From NCBI GenBank assembly GCA_964016885.1, contig OZ024743.1, forward strand, positions 372,372,001 to 372,436,000: a stretch of DNA of 64,000 nucleotides, given 5' to 3'. Below are positions 17,101-34,200 of the stretch, piece by piece. Numbering within the stretch: the first letter of the stretch is position 1; each line of letters begins with the position of its first letter. This DNA is from Eledone cirrhosa (taxonomy: Eukaryota). Below the pieces are notes generated by a model. The model ran no database searches. It was not told the DNA's origin and saw nothing but the letters and a program-made list of their open reading frames with translations. The translations under genes and the position numbers were made by a program.

Positions 17101-20100
17101 CCACAGTATCAACACCAAAGTCACAACTACTGTAAGACAACTGTATCAACACCATAGTCATAAAACCACTGTATCAACACCATAGTCACAACTACTGTAA
17201 GACCACTGTATCAACACCATAGTCACAACTATTGTAAGACCACTGTATCAACTCAACAGTCAAAACTAGAGTAAGACCACTTTATCAACACCATAGTCAC
17301 AACTACTGTAAGACCACTGTATCAACACCATAGTCACAACTACTGTAAGACCACTGTATCAACACCATAGTCAGAACTACTGTAAGACCACTGTATCAAC
17401 ACCATAGTCACAACTACTGTAAGACCACTGTATCAACACCATAGTCACAACTACTGTAAGACCACTGTATCAAAACCATAGTCACAACTACTGTAAGCCC
17501 ACTGTATCAACAACACAGTCACAACTACTGTAAGACCACTGTATCAACATCATAGTCACAACTAATGTAAGACCACTGTATCACCACCATAATCACAACT
17601 ACTGTAAGACCACTGTATCAACACCATAGTCACAACTACTGTAAGACCACTGTATCAACACCATAGTCACAACTACTGTAAGACCACTGTATCAACACCA
17701 TAGTCACAACTACTGTAAGACCACTGTATCAACACCATAGTCACAACTACTGTAAGACCACTGTATCAAAACCATAGTCACAACTACTGTAAGCCCACTG
17801 TATCAACAACACAGTCACAACTACTGTAAGACCACTGTATCAACACCATAGTCACAACTACTGTAAGACCACTGTATCAACCCCACAGTCACAACTACTG
17901 TAAGACCACTGTATCAACACCATAGTCACAACTACTGTAAGACCACTGTATCAACACCATAGTCATAACTACTGTAAGACCACTGTATCAACAGAACAGT
18001 CACAACTACTGTAATACCACTGTATCAACACCATAGTCACAACTACTGTAAGATCACTGTATCAACACCATAGTCACAACTACTGTAAGAACACTGTATC
18101 AACCCCCCAGTCACAACTACTGTAAGTCCACTGTATCAACACCATAGTCACAACTACTGTAAGACCACTGTATCAACACCACAGTCATAACTACTGTAAG
18201 ACCACTGTATCAACACCATAGTCACAACTACTGTAAGTCCACTGTATGAACACCATAGTCACAACAACTGTAAGACCACTGTATCAACACCACAGTCACA
18301 ACTACTGTAAGACCACTGCATCAACACCACAGTCATAAATACTGTAAGACCACTGTATGAACACCATAGTCACAACTACTGTAAGTCCTCTGTATCAACA
18401 CCATAGTCATAACTATTGTAAGACCACTGTATCAACACCATAGTCACAACAACTGTAAGAACACTGTATCAAGACCATAGTCACAACTACTGTAAGACCA
18501 CTGTATCAACTCCATAGTCATAACTACTGTAAGACCACTGTATTAACACCATAGTCACAACTACTGTAAGACAACTGTATCAACACCACAGTCACAACTA
18601 ATGTAAGACCATTGTATCAACATCATAGTCACAACTACTGTAAGACCAGGGTATCAACACCACAGTCACAACTACTGTAAGACCACTGTATCAACACCAC
18701 AGTCACAACAACTGCAAGCCCACTGTATCAACACCATAATCATAACTACTGTAAGACCACTGTATCAACACCATAGTCACAACTATTGTAAGACCACTGT
18801 ATCAACACCATAGTCATAACTACCGTATGACCACTGTATCAACACCACAGTTACAACTACTGTAAGGCCACTGTATCCACAGAATAGTCACAACTACTGT
18901 AAGACCACTGTATCCACACCATAGTTACAACTACTGTAAGACCACTGTATCAACACCACAGTCACAACTACTGTAAGACCACTGTATCAACACCATAGTC
19001 ACAACTACTGTAAGACCACTGTATCAACAACACAGTCACAACTACTCTAAGGCCACTGTATCAACACCACAGTTACAACTACTGTAAGACCACTGTATCA
19101 ACACCATAGTCATAACTACCGTAAGACCACTGTATCAACACTATAGTCACAACTACTGTAAGACCACTGTATCAACACCATAGTCATAACTACCGTAAGA
19201 CCACTGTATCAACACCATAGTCATAACTACATTAAGACCACTGTATCAACACTACAGTCATAACTACATTAAGACCACTGTATCAACACTACAGTCATAA
19301 CTACTCTAAGGCCACTGTATCAAAACCATAGACACAACTATTGTAAGACCACAGTATCAACACCACAGTCACAACTACTGTAAGACAACTGTATCAACAC
19401 CATAGTCATAAAACCACTGTATCAACACCATAGTCACAACTACTGTAAGACCACTGTATCAACACCATAGTCATAACTACTGTAAGACCACTGTATCAAC
19501 ACCATAGTCACAACTATTGTAAGACCACTGTATCAACTCAACAGTCAAAACTAGAGTAAGACCACTTTATCAACACCATAGTCACAACTACTGTAAGACC
19601 ACTGTATCAACACCATAGTCACAACTACTGTAAGACCACTGTATCAACACCATAGTCACAACTACTGTAAGACCACTGTATCAACACCATAGTCACAACT
19701 ACTGTAAGACCACTGTATCAACACCATAGTCACAACTACTGTAAGACCACTGTATCAACACCATAGTCACAACTACTGTAAGACCACTGTATCAACACCA
19801 TAGTCACATCTACTGTAAGACCACTGTATCAAAACCATAGTCACAACTACTGTAAGCCCACTGTATCAACAACACAGTCACAACTACTGTAAGACCACTG
19901 TATCAACACCATAGTCACAACTACTGTAAGACCACTGTATCAACCCCACAGTCACAACTACTGTAAGACCACTGTATCAACACCATAGTCACAACTACTG
20001 TAAGACCACTGTATCAACACCATAGTCATAACTACTGTAAGACCACTGTATCAACAGAACAGTCACAACTACTGTAATACCACTGTATCAACACTATAGT

Positions 20101-22999
20101 CACAACTACTGTAAGATCACTGTATCAACACCATAGTCACAACTACTGTAAGAACACTGTATCAACCCCACAGTCACAACTACTGTAAGACCACTGTATC
20201 AACACCACAGTCATAACTACTGTAAGTCCACTGTATCAACACCATAGTCACAACGTCTGTAATACCACTGTATCAACACCATAGTCACAACTACTGTAAG
20301 ACCACTGTATCAACACCACACTCACAACTACTGTAAGACCACTGTATCAACACCACAGTCACAACTACTGTAAGACCACTGTATCAACACCATAGTCACA
20401 ACTACTGTAACACCACTGTATCAACCCCACAGTCACAACTACTTTAAGACCACTGTATCAACACCATAGTCACAACTACTGTAAGACCACTGTATCAACA
20501 CCACAGTCACAACTCCTGTAAGACCACTGTATCAACACCATAGTCACAACTACTGTAAGACCACTGTATCAACACCATAGTCACAACTACTGTAAGTCCA
20601 CTGTATGAACACCATAGTCACAACTACTGTAAGACCACTGTATCAACACCACAGTCACAACTACTCTAAGACCACTGCATCAACACCACAGTCATAAGTA
20701 CTGTAAGACCACTGTATGAACACCATAGTCACAACTACTGTAAGTCCTCTGTATCAACACCACAGTCATAACTACTGTAAGACCACTGTATCAACACCAT
20801 AGTCACAACTACTGTAAGTCCACTGTATGAACACCATAGTCACAACTACTGTAAGACCACTGTATCAACACCACAGTCACAACTACTCTAAGACCACTGC
20901 ATCAACACCACAGTCATAAGTACTGTAAGACCACTGTATGAACACCATAGTCACAACTACTGTAAGTCCTCTGTATCAACACCATAGTCATAACTACTGT
21001 AAGACCACTGTATCAACACCATACTCACAACAACTGTAAGAACACTGTATCAAGACCATAGTCACAACTACTGTAAGACCACTGTATCAACTCCATAGTC
21101 ATAACTACTGTAAGACCACTGTATTAACACCATAGTCACAACTACTGTAAGACAACTGTATCAACACCACAGTCACAACTAATGTAAGACCATTGTATCA
21201 ACATCATAGTCACAACTACTGTAAGACCAGGGTATCAACACCACAGTCACAACTACTGTAAGACCACTGTATCAACACCACAGTCACAACAACTGCAAGC
21301 CCACTTCATCAACACCACAGTCACAACAACTGCAAGCCCACTGTATCAACACCATAGTCATAACTACTGTAAGACCACTGTATCAACACCATAGTCACAA
21401 CTATTGTAAGATCACTGTATCAACACCATAGTCATAACTACCGTATGACCAGTGTATCAACACCATAGTCATTAGACCACTGTATCAACACCATAGTCAC
21501 AACTGCTGTAAAACCACTGTATCTACACCATAGTCATAACTACTGTAAGACCACTGTAACAACACCATAGTCACAACTATTGTAAGACCACTGTATCAAG
21601 ACCACAGTCACAACTACAGTAAGACCACTTTATCCACACCTTAGTCACAACTACTGTAAGACCACTGTATGAACACCATAGTCACACCTACTCTAAGATC
21701 ACTGTATCAACACCATAGTCACAACTACTGTAAGACCACTGTATCAACACCATAGTCACAACTACTGTAAGGCCACTGTATCCACAGAATAGTCACAACT
21801 ACTGTAAGACCACTGTATCCACACCATAGTTACAACTACTGTAAGACCACTGTATCAACACCACAGTCACAACTACTGTAAGACCACTGTATCATCACCC
21901 CACTCACAACTACTGTTGGACCACTGTATCAACACCACAGTCACAACTACTGTAAGACCACTGTATCAACACCATATTCACAACTACTGTAAGACCACTG
22001 TATCAACAACACAGTCACAACTACTCTAAGACCACTGTATCAACACCACAGTTACAACTACTGTAAGACCACTGTATCAACACCATAGTCATAACTACCT
22101 TAAGACCACTGTATCAACACTATAGTCACAACTACTGTAAGACCACTGTATCAACACCATAGTCATAACTACCGTAAGACCACTGTATCAACAGCATAGT
22201 CATAAGACCACTGTATCAACACCATAGTCATAACTACATTAAGACCACTGTATCAACACCACAGTCACAACTACAGTAAGACCACTGTATCAACACCATA
22301 GTCACAACTACTGTAAGACCACAGTATCAACACCATAGTCACAACTACTGTAAGACCACTGTATCAACAACACAGTCACAACTACTCTAAGACCACTGTA
22401 TCAACACCACAGTTACAACTACTGTAAGACCACTGTATCAACACCACAGTCACAACTATTGTAAGACCACTGTATCAACACCATAGTCACAACTACTGTA
22501 AGACCACTGTATGAACAGCATAGTCATAACTACTGAAAGTTCTCTGTATCAACACCATAGTCACAACTACTGTAAGACCATTGTATCAACACCACAGCCA
22601 CAACTACTGTAAGACCACTGTATCAACACCACAGTCACAACTATTGTAAGGCCACTGTATCCACAGAAAAGTCACAACTACTGTAAGACCACTGTATCCA
22701 CACCATATTTACAACTACTGTAAGACCACTGTATCAACACCACAGTCACAACTACTGTAAGACCACTGTATCAACACCCCACTCACAACTATTGCTGGAC
22801 CACTGTATCAACACCACAGTCACAACTACTGTAAGACAACTGTATCAACACCATAGTCACAACTACTGTAAGACCACTGTATCAACAACACAGTCACAAC
22901 TACTCTAAGACCACTGTATCAACACCACAGTTACAACTACTGTAAGACCACTGTATCAACACCATAGTCATAACTACCGTAAGACCACTGTATCAACAC

Positions 23000-25900
23000 T
23001 ATAGTCACAACTACTGTAAGACCACTGTATCAACACCATAGTCATAACTACCGTAAGACCACTGTATCAACAGCATAGTCATAAGACCACTGTATCAACA
23101 CCATAGTCATAACTACAGTAAGACCACTCTATCAACACTACAGTCATAACTACTCTAAGACCACTGTATGAAAACCATAGACACAACTATTGTAAGACCA
23201 CTGTATCAACACCACAGTCACAACTACAGTAAGACCACTGTATCAACACCATAGTCACAACTACTGTAAGACCACAGTATCAACACCATAGTCACAACTA
23301 CTGTAAGACCATTGTATCAACACCACAGCCACAACTACTGTAAGACCACTGTATCAACACCACAGTCACAACTATTGTAAGACCACTGTATCATCACCAT
23401 AGTCATAACTACTGGAAGACTACTGTATCAACACCATAGTCACAACTACTGTAAGACCATTGTATCAACACCACAGCCACAACTACTGTAAGACCACTGT
23501 ATCAACACCACAGTCACAACTATTGTAAGACCACTGTATCATCACCATAGTCATAACTACTGGAAGACTACTGTATCAACACCATAGTCATAACTACTGT
23601 AAGACCACTGTATCAACACCATAGTCACAACTACTGTAAGACCACTGTATCAGCACCATAGTCAGAACTACTGTAAGACCACTGTATCAACACCATAGTA
23701 ACAACTACTGTAACGCCACTGTATCAACACCATAGTCATAACTACCGTAAGACCTCGGTATCAACACCGTAGTCATAACTACTGTAAGACCACTGTATCA
23801 ACACCACAGTCATAACTACTGTATGACCACTGTATCAACACCATAGTCATAACTATTGAAAGTCCTCTCTATCAACATCATAGTCACAACTACTGTAAGA
23901 CCACTGTATCAACACCACAGTCACAACTACTGTAAGACCACTGTATCAACACCATAGTCATAACTACTGTAAGACCACTGTATCAACACAATAATCAAAA
24001 CTACTGTAAGACCACGGTATCAACACCGTAGTCACAACTGCTGTAAGGCTACTGTATGAACACCATAGTCACAACTACTGTAAGACCACTGTATCAACAC
24101 CATAGTCACAACTACTGTAAGAACACTGTATCAACCCCACAGTCACAACTACTGTAAGACCACTGTATCAGCACCACAGTCACAACTACTGTAAGACCAC
24201 TGCATCAACACCATAGCCATAACTACTGTAAGACCACTGTATCAACACCGTAGTCACACCTACTGTAAGACCACTGTATGAACACCACAATCATAACTAC
24301 CGTAAGACCACTGTATCAACACCATAGTCATAACTAATGTAAGACCACTGTATCAACACCATAGTCACAACTAATGTAAGACCACTGTATCAACACCATA
24401 GTCACAATAACTGTAAGAACGCAGTATCAACACCACAGTCATAACTACTGTAAGACCACTGTTTCAACGCCACAGTCACAACTACTGTAAGACCACTGTA
24501 TCAACACCACAACCACAACTACTGTAAGACCACTGTATCAACACCACAACCACAACTAGTGTAAGACCACTGTATCAACACCACAGTCATAACTACTCTA
24601 AGACCACTGTATCAACACCACAGTTATAACTACTGTAAGACCACTGTATCAACATCACAGTCACAACTACTGTAAGATCACTGTATCAACATCACAGTCA
24701 CAACTACTGTAAGACCACTGTATCAACACCATAGTCACAACGTCTCTAATAACACTGTATCAACCCCATTGTCACAACTACTGTAAGTCCACGGTATAAA
24801 CATCGTAGTCATAACTACCGTAAGACCACTGTATCAACACCACAGCCATAACTGTAAGACCACTGTATCAACACCATAATCACAACTACTGTAAGACCAC
24901 TGATTCAACACCGTAGTCACAACTACTGTAAGACCACTGTATCAACACCACAGTCACAACGTCTGTAAACCACTGTATCAACACAATAGTCACAACTACT
25001 TTAAGCCCACTGCATCAACACCGTAGTCACAACGTCTGTAAGACCACTGAATCAACACCATAGTCACAACTACTGTAAGACCACTGTATCAACAACACAG
25101 TCACAACTACTCTAAGACCACTGTATCAACACCACAGTCACAACTACTGTAAGCCCACTGTATCAACACCACAGCCACAACTACTGTAAGACCACTGTAT
25201 CAACACAATAATCACAACTACTGTAAGACCACTGTATCAACACCATAGTCACAACTACTCTAAGACCACTGTATCAACACCACAGCCACAACTACTGTAA
25301 GACCACTGTATCAATACCATAATCACAACTACTGTAATACCACTGTATCAACACCATAGTCGCAACTACTGTAAGACCACTGTATCAGCACCACAGTCAC
25401 AACTACTGTAAGACAACTGTATCAACACCACAGTCACAACTACAGTAAGACCTCTTTATCAAAACCATAGTCACAACTACTGTAAGACCACTGTATCAAC
25501 ACAATAGTCACAACTACAGTACGACCACTGTATCAACACCATAGTCACAACTACTCTAAGACCACTGTATCAACACCTTAGTCATAAGACCATTGTATCA
25601 ACACCATAGTCACAACTACTGTAAGACCACTGTATCTACACCATAGACACAACTACTGTAAGACCACTGTATCAACACCACAGTCACAACGTCAGTAAGA
25701 CCAATGTATCAACACAATAGTCACAACTACTGTAAGCCCACTGCATCAACACCATAGTCACAACTACTGTAAGACCACTGTATCAACACCATAGTCATAA
25801 CTACCGTAAGACCACTGTATCAACAGCATAGTCATAAGACCACTGTATCAACACCATAGTCATAACTACAGTAAGACCACTCTATCAACACTACAGTCAT

Positions 25901-28900
25901 AACTACTCTAAGACCACTGTATGAAAACCATAGACACAACTATTGTAAGACCACTGTATCAACACCACAGTCACAACTACAGTAAGACCACTGTATCAAC
26001 ACCATAGTCACAACTACTGTAAGACCACAGTATCAACACCATAGTCACAACTACTGTAAGACCATTGTATCAACACCACAGCCACAACTACTGTAAGACC
26101 ACTGTATCAACACCACAGTCACAACTATTGTAAGACCACTGTATCATCACCATAGTCATAACTACTGGAAGACTACTGTATCAACACCATAGTCACAACT
26201 ACTGTAAGACCATTGTATCAACACCACAGCCACAACTACTGTAAGACCACTGTATCAACACCACAGTCACAACTATTGTAAGGCCACTGTATCATCACCA
26301 TAGTCATAACTACTGGAAGACTACTGTATCAACACCATAGTCATAACTACTGTAAGACCACTGTATCAACACCATAGTCACAACTACTGTAAGACCACTG
26401 TATCAGCACCATAGTCAGAACTACTGTAAGACCACTGTATCAACACCATAGTAACAACTACTGTAACGCCACTGTATCAACACCATAGTCATAACTACCG
26501 TAAGACCTCTGTATCAACACCGTAGTCATAACTACTGTAAGACCACTGTATCAACACCACAGTCATAACTACTGTATGACCACTGTATCAACACCATAGT
26601 CATAACTATTGCAAGTCCTCTGTATCAACATCATAGTCACAACTACTGTAAGACCACTGTATCAACACCACAGTCACAACTACTGTAAGACCACTGTATC
26701 AACACCATAGTCATAACTACTGTAAGACCACTGTATCAACACAATAATCAAAACTACTGTAAGACCACGGTATCAACACCGTAGTCACAACTGCTGTAAG
26801 ACTACTGTATGAACACCATAGTCACAACTACTGTAAGACCACTGTATCAACACCATAGTCACAACTACTGTAAGAACACTGTATCAACCCCACAGTCACA
26901 ACTACTGTAAGACCACTGTATCAGCACCACAGTCACAACTACTGTAAGACCACTGCATCAACACCATAGCCATAACTACTGTAAGACCACTGTATCAACA
27001 CCGTAGTCACACCTACTGTAAGACCACTGTATGAACACCACAATCATAACTACCGTAAGACCACTGTATCAACACCATAGTCATAACTAATGTAAGACCA
27101 CTGTATCAACACCATAGTCACAACTAATGTAAGACCACTGTATCAACACCATAGTCACAATAACTGTAAGAACGCAGTATCAACACCACAGTCATAACTA
27201 CTGTAAGACCACTGTTTCAACGCCACAGTCACAACTACTGTAAGACCACTGTATCAACACCACAACCACAACTACTGTAAGACCACTGTATCAACACCAC
27301 AACCACAACTAGTGTAAGACCACTGTATCAACACCACAGTCATAACTACTCTAAGACCACTGTATCAACACCACAGTTATAACTACTGTAAGACCACTGT
27401 ATCAACATCACAGTCACAACTACTGTAAGATCACTGTATCAACATCACAGTCACAACTACTGTAAGACCACTGTATCAACACCATAGTCACAACGTCTCT
27501 AATAACACTGTATCAACCCCATTGTCACAACTACTGTAAGTCCACGGTATAAACATCGTAGTCATAACTACCGTAAGACCACTGTATCAACACCACAGCC
27601 ATAACTGTAAGACCACTGTATCAACACCATAATCACAACTACTGTAAGACCACTGATTCAACACCGTAGTCACAACTACTGTAAGACCACTGTATCAACA
27701 CCACAGTCACAACGTCTGTAAGACCACTGTATCAACACAATAGTCACAACTACTTTAAGCCCACTGCATCAACACCGTAGTCACAACGTCTGTAAGACCA
27801 CTGAATCAACACCATAGTCACAACTACTGTAAGACCACTGTATCAACAACACAGTCACAACTACTCTAAGACCACTGTATCAACACCACAGTCACAACTA
27901 CTGTAAGCCCACTGTATCAACACCACAGCCACAACTACTGTAAGACCACTGTATCAACACAATAATCACAACTACTGTAAGACCACTGTATCAACACCAT
28001 AGTCACAACTACTCTAAGACCACTGTATCAACACCACAGCCACAACTACTGTAAGACCACTGTATCAATACCATAATCACAACTACTGTAATACCACTGT
28101 ATCAACACCATAGTCGCAACTACTGTAAGACCACTGTATCAGCACCACAGTCACAACTACTGTAAGACAACTGTATCAACACCACAGTCACAACTACAGT
28201 AAGACCTCTTTATCAAAACCATAGTCACAACTACTGTAAGACCACTGTATCAACACAATAGTCACAACTACAGTACGACCACTGTATCAACACCATAGTC
28301 ACAACTACTCTAAGACCACTGTATCAACACCTTAGTCATAAGACCATTGTATCAACACCATAGTCACAACTACTGTAAGACCACTGTATCTACACCATAG
28401 ACACAACTACTGTAAGACCACTGTATCAACACCACAGTCACAACGTCAGTAAGACCAATGTATCAACACAATAGTCACAACTACTGTAAGCCCACTGCAT
28501 CAACACCATAGTCACAACTACTGTAAGACCACTGTATCAACACCATAGTCATAACTACCGTAAGACCACTGTATCAACAGCATAGTCATAAGACCACTGT
28601 ATCAACACCATAGTCATAACTACAGTAAGACCACTCTATCAACACTACAGTCATAACTACTCTAAGACCACTGTATGAAAACCATAGACACAACTATTGT
28701 AAGACCACTGTATCAACACCACAGTCACAACTACAGTAAGACCACTGTATCAACACCATAGTCACAACTACTGTAAGACCACAGTATCAAAACCATAGTC
28801 ACAACTACTGTAAGACCATTGTATCAACACCACAGCCACAACTACTGTAAGACCACTGTATCAACACCACAGTCACAACTTTTGTAAGACCACTGTATCA

Positions 28901-31290
28901 TCACCATAGTCATAACTACTGGAAGACTACTGTATCAACACCATAGTCACAACTACTGTAAGACCATTGTATCAACACCACAGCCACAACTACTGTAAGA
29001 CCACTGTATCAACACCACAGTCACAACTATTGTAAGACCACTGTATCATCACCATAGTCATAACTACTGGAAGACTACTGTATCAACACCATAGTCATAA
29101 CTACTGTAAGACCACTGTATCAACACCATAGTCACAACTACTGTAAGACCACTGTATCAGCACCATAGTCAGAACTACTGTAAGACCACTGTATCAACAC
29201 CATAGTAACAACTACTGTAACGCCACTGTATCAACACCATAGTCATAACTACCGTAAGACCTCTGTATCAACACCGTAGTCATAACTACTGTAAGACCAC
29301 TGTATCAACACCACAGTCATAACTACTGTATGACCACTGTATCAACACCATAGTCATAACTATTGAAAGTCCTCTGTATCAACATCATAGTCACAACTAC
29401 TGTAAGACCACTGTATCAACACCACAGTCACAACTACTGTAAGACCACTGTATCAACACCATAGTCATAACTACAGTAAGACCACTGTATCAACACAATA
29501 ATCAAAACTACGGTAAGACCACGGTATCAACACCGTAGTCACAACTGCTGTAAGACTACTGTATGAACACCATAGTCACAACTACTGTAAGACCACTGTA
29601 TCAACACCATAGTCACAACTACTGTAAGAACACTGTATCAACCCCACAGTCACAACTACTGTAAGACCACTGTATCAGCACCACAGTCACAACTACTGTA
29701 AGACCACTGCATCAACACCATAGCCATAACTACTGTAAGACCACTGTATCAACACCGTAGTCACACCTACTGTAAGACCACTGTATGAACACCACAATCA
29801 TAACTACCGTAAGACCACTGTATCAACACCATAGTCATAACTAATGTAAGACCACTGTATCAACACCATAGTCACAACTAATGTAAGACCACTGTATCAA
29901 CACCATAGTCACAATAACTGTAAGAACGCAGTATCAACACCACAGTCATAACTACTGTAAGACCACTGTTTCAACGCCACAGTCACAACTACTGTAAGAC
30001 CACTGTATCAACACCACAACCACAACTACTGTAAGACCACTGTATCAACACCACAACCACAACTAGTGTAAGACCACTGTATCAACACCACAGTCATAAC
30101 TACTCTAAGACCACTGTATCAACACCACAGTTATAACTACTGTAAGACCACTGTATCAACATCACAGTCACAACTACTGTAAGATCACTGTATCAACATC
30201 ACAGTCACAACTACTGTAAGACCACTGTATCAACACCATAGTCACAACGTCTCTAATAACACTGTATCAACCCCATTGTCACAACTACTGTAAGTCCACG
30301 GTATAAACATCGTAGTCATAACTACCGTAAGACCACTGTATCAACACCACAGCCATAACTGTAAGACCACTGTATCAACACCATAATCACAACTACTGTA
30401 AGACCACTGATTCAACACCGTAGTCACAACTACTGTAAGACCACTGTATCAACACCACAGTCACAACGTCTGTAAGACCACTGTATCAACACAATAGTCA
30501 CAACTACTTTAAGCCCACTGCATCAACACCGTAGTCACAACGTCTGTAAGACCACTGAATCAACACCATAGTCACAACTACTGTAAGACCACTGTATCAA
30601 CAACACAGTCACAACTACTCTAAGACCACTGTATCAACACCACAGTCACAACTACTGTAAGCCCACTGTATCAACACCACAGCCACAACTACTGTAAGAC
30701 CACTGTATCAACACAATAATCACAACTACTGTAAGACCACTGTATCAACACCATAGTCACAACTACTCTAAGACCACTGTATCAACACCACAGCCACAAC
30801 TACTGTAAGACCACTGTATCAATACCATAATCACAACTACTGTAATACCACTGTATCAACACCATAGTCGCAACTACTGTAAGACCACTGTATCAGCACC
30901 ACAGTCACAACTACTGTAAGACAACTGTATCAACACCACAGTCACAACTACAGTAAGACCTCTTTATCAAAACCATAGTCACAACTACTGTAAGACCACT
31001 GTATCAACACAATAGTCACAACTACAGTACGACCACTGTATCAACACCATAGTCACAACTACTCTAAGACCACTGTATCAACACCTTAGTCATAAGACCA
31101 TTGTATCAACACCATAGTCACAACTACTGTAAGACCACTGTATCTACACCATAGACACAACTACTGTAAGACCACTGTATCAACACCACAGTCACAACGT
31201 CAGTAAGACCAATGTATCAACACAATAGTCACAACTACTGTAAGCCCACTGCATCAACACCATAGTCACAACTACTGTAAGACCACTGTA
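23000..31290. repeat. Higher-order repeat in the 37-bp satellite, period 2753-2754 bp (75 monomers minus 21 bp), 3 copies
   Basis: The variant CTGGAAGACTAC occurs at 23412, 26165 and 28919. A 3-bp deletion (CAGCCATAACTGTAAG) and two 9-bp deletions per unit give 75x37-21=2754. The boundaries are approximate. Confidence 0.9.
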
Positions 31291-34200
31291 TCAACACCAT
31301 AGTCACAACGTCTCTAATACCACTGCATCAATACCATAGTCACAACTACTGTAAGTCCACTGTATAAACATCATAATCATAACTACCGTAAGACAACTGT
31401 ATCAACACCATAGTCATAACTACTGTAAGACCACTGTATAAAAGCCATAGTCACAACTACTGTAAGACCACTGTATCAACACCACAGTCACAACTACTGC
31501 AAGCCCACTGTATCAACAGCATAGTCATAATTACTCTAAGACCACTGTATCAACACCACAGTCACAACTACTGTAAGACCACTGTATCAACACCATAGTC
31601 ACAACTACTGTAAGACCACTGTATCAACACCACAGTCACAACTACTGTAAGACCACTGTATCAACACCATAGTCATAACTACTGTAAGACCACTGTATCA
31701 ACACCATAGTTACAACTACTGTAAGACCACGGTATCAACACCGTAGTCACAACGTCTGTAAGACCACTGAATCAACACCATAGTCACAACTACTGTAAGA
31801 CCACTGTATCAACAACACAGTCACAACTACTCTAAGACCACTGTATCAACACCACAGTCACAACTACTGTAAGCCCACTGTATCAACAAAACAGCCACAA
31901 CTACTGTAAGACCACTGTATCAACACAATAATCACAACAACTGTAAGACCACGGTATCAACACCATAGTCACAACTACTGTAAGACCACTGTATCAACAC
32001 CATAGTCATAACGTCTGTAATACCACTGTATCAACACTATAGTCACAACTACTGTAATACCACTGTATCAACACCACAGTCACAACTACTGTAAGACCAC
32101 TGTATCAACACCACAGTCATAACTACTGTAAGAGCACTGTATCCACACCATAGTCACAACTACTGTAAAACCACTGTATCAACATTATAGTCACAACTAC
32201 TGTAAGACCACTGTATCAACACCATAGTCACAACTATCTTAAGACCACTGTATCAACACCACAGTCACAACTACAGTAAGACCACTGTATAAACACCATA
32301 GTCACAACTACTGTAACACCACTGTATGAACACCATAATCATAACTACCGTAAGATCACTGTTTCAACACCACAGTCACAACTACTGTACGACCACTGTA
32401 TCAACACCACAGTCACAACTACTGTAAGACCACTGTATCAGCACCATAGTCACAACTACTGTAAGAACACTGTATCAACCCCACAGTCACAACTACTGTA
32501 AGACCACTGTATCAGCACCACAGTCACAACTACTGTAAGACCACTGCATCAACACCATAGCCATAACTACTGTAAGACCACTGTATCAACACCGTAGTCA
32601 CAACTACTGTAAGACCCCTGTATGAACACCACAATCATAACTACCGTAAGACCACTGTATCAACACCATAGTCATAACTAATGTAAGACCACTGTATCAA
32701 CACCATAGTCACAACTAATGTAAGACCACTGTATCAACACCATAGTCACAATAACTGTAAGAACACAGTATCAACACCACAGTCATAACTACTGTAAGAC
32801 CACTGTTTCAACACCACAGTCACAACTACTGTAAGACCACTGTATCAACACCACAACCACAACTACTGTAAGACCACTGTATCAACACCACAACCACAAC
32901 TAGTGTAAGACCACTGTATCAACACCACAGTCATAACTACTCTAAGACCACTGTATCAACACCACAGTTATAACTACTGTAAGACCACTGTATCAACATC
33001 ACAGTCACAACTACTGTAAGATCACTGTATCAACATCACAGTCACAACTACTGTAAGACCACTGTATCAACACCATAGTCACAACGTCTCTAATACCACT
33101 GTATCAACCCCATTGTCACAACTACTGTAAGTCCACGGTATAAACATCGTAGTCATAACTACCGTAAGACCACTGTATCAACACCACAGCCATAGCTGTA
33201 AGACCACTGTATCAACACCATAATCACAACTACTGTAAGACCACTGATTCAACACCGTAGTCACAACTACTTTAAGACCACTGTATCAACACCACAGTCA
33301 CAACGTCTGTAAGACCACTGTATCAACACAATAGTCACAACTACTTTAAGCCCACTGCATCAACACCGTAGTCACAACGTCTGTAAGACGACTGAATCAA
33401 CACCATAGTCACAACTACTGTAAGACCACTGTATCAACAACACAGTCACAACTACTGTAAGACCACTGTATCAACACCACAGTCACAACTACTGTAAGCC
33501 CACTGTATCAACACCACAGCCACAACTACTGTAAGACCACTGTATCAATACCATAATCACAACTACTGTAAGACCACTGTATCAACACCATAGTCACAAC
33601 TACTCTAAGACCACTGTATCAACATCACAGCCACAACTACTGTAAGACCACTGTATCAATACCATAATCACAACTACTGTAATACCACTGTATCAACACC
33701 ATAGTCGCAACTACTGTAAGACCACTGTATCAGCACCACAGTCACAACTACTGTAAGACAACTGTATCAACACCACAGTCACAACTACAGTAAGACCTCT
33801 TTATCAAAACCATAGTCACAACTACTGTAAGACCACTGTATCAACACAATAGTCACAACTACTGTACGACCACTGTATCAACACCATAGTCACAACTACT
33901 GTAAGACCACTGTATCAACACCTTAGTCATAAGACCATTGTATCAACACCATAGTCACAACTACTGTAAGACCACTGTATCTACACCATAGACACAACTA
34001 CTGTAAGACCACTGTATCAACACCACAGCCACAACTACTGTAAGACCACTGTATCAACACCACAGTCACAACGTCTGTACGACCAATGTATCAACACAAT
34101 AGTCACAACTACTGTAAGCCCACTGCATCAACACCATAGTCACAACTACTGTAAGACCACTGTATCAACACCATAGTCACAACGTCTCTAATACCACTGC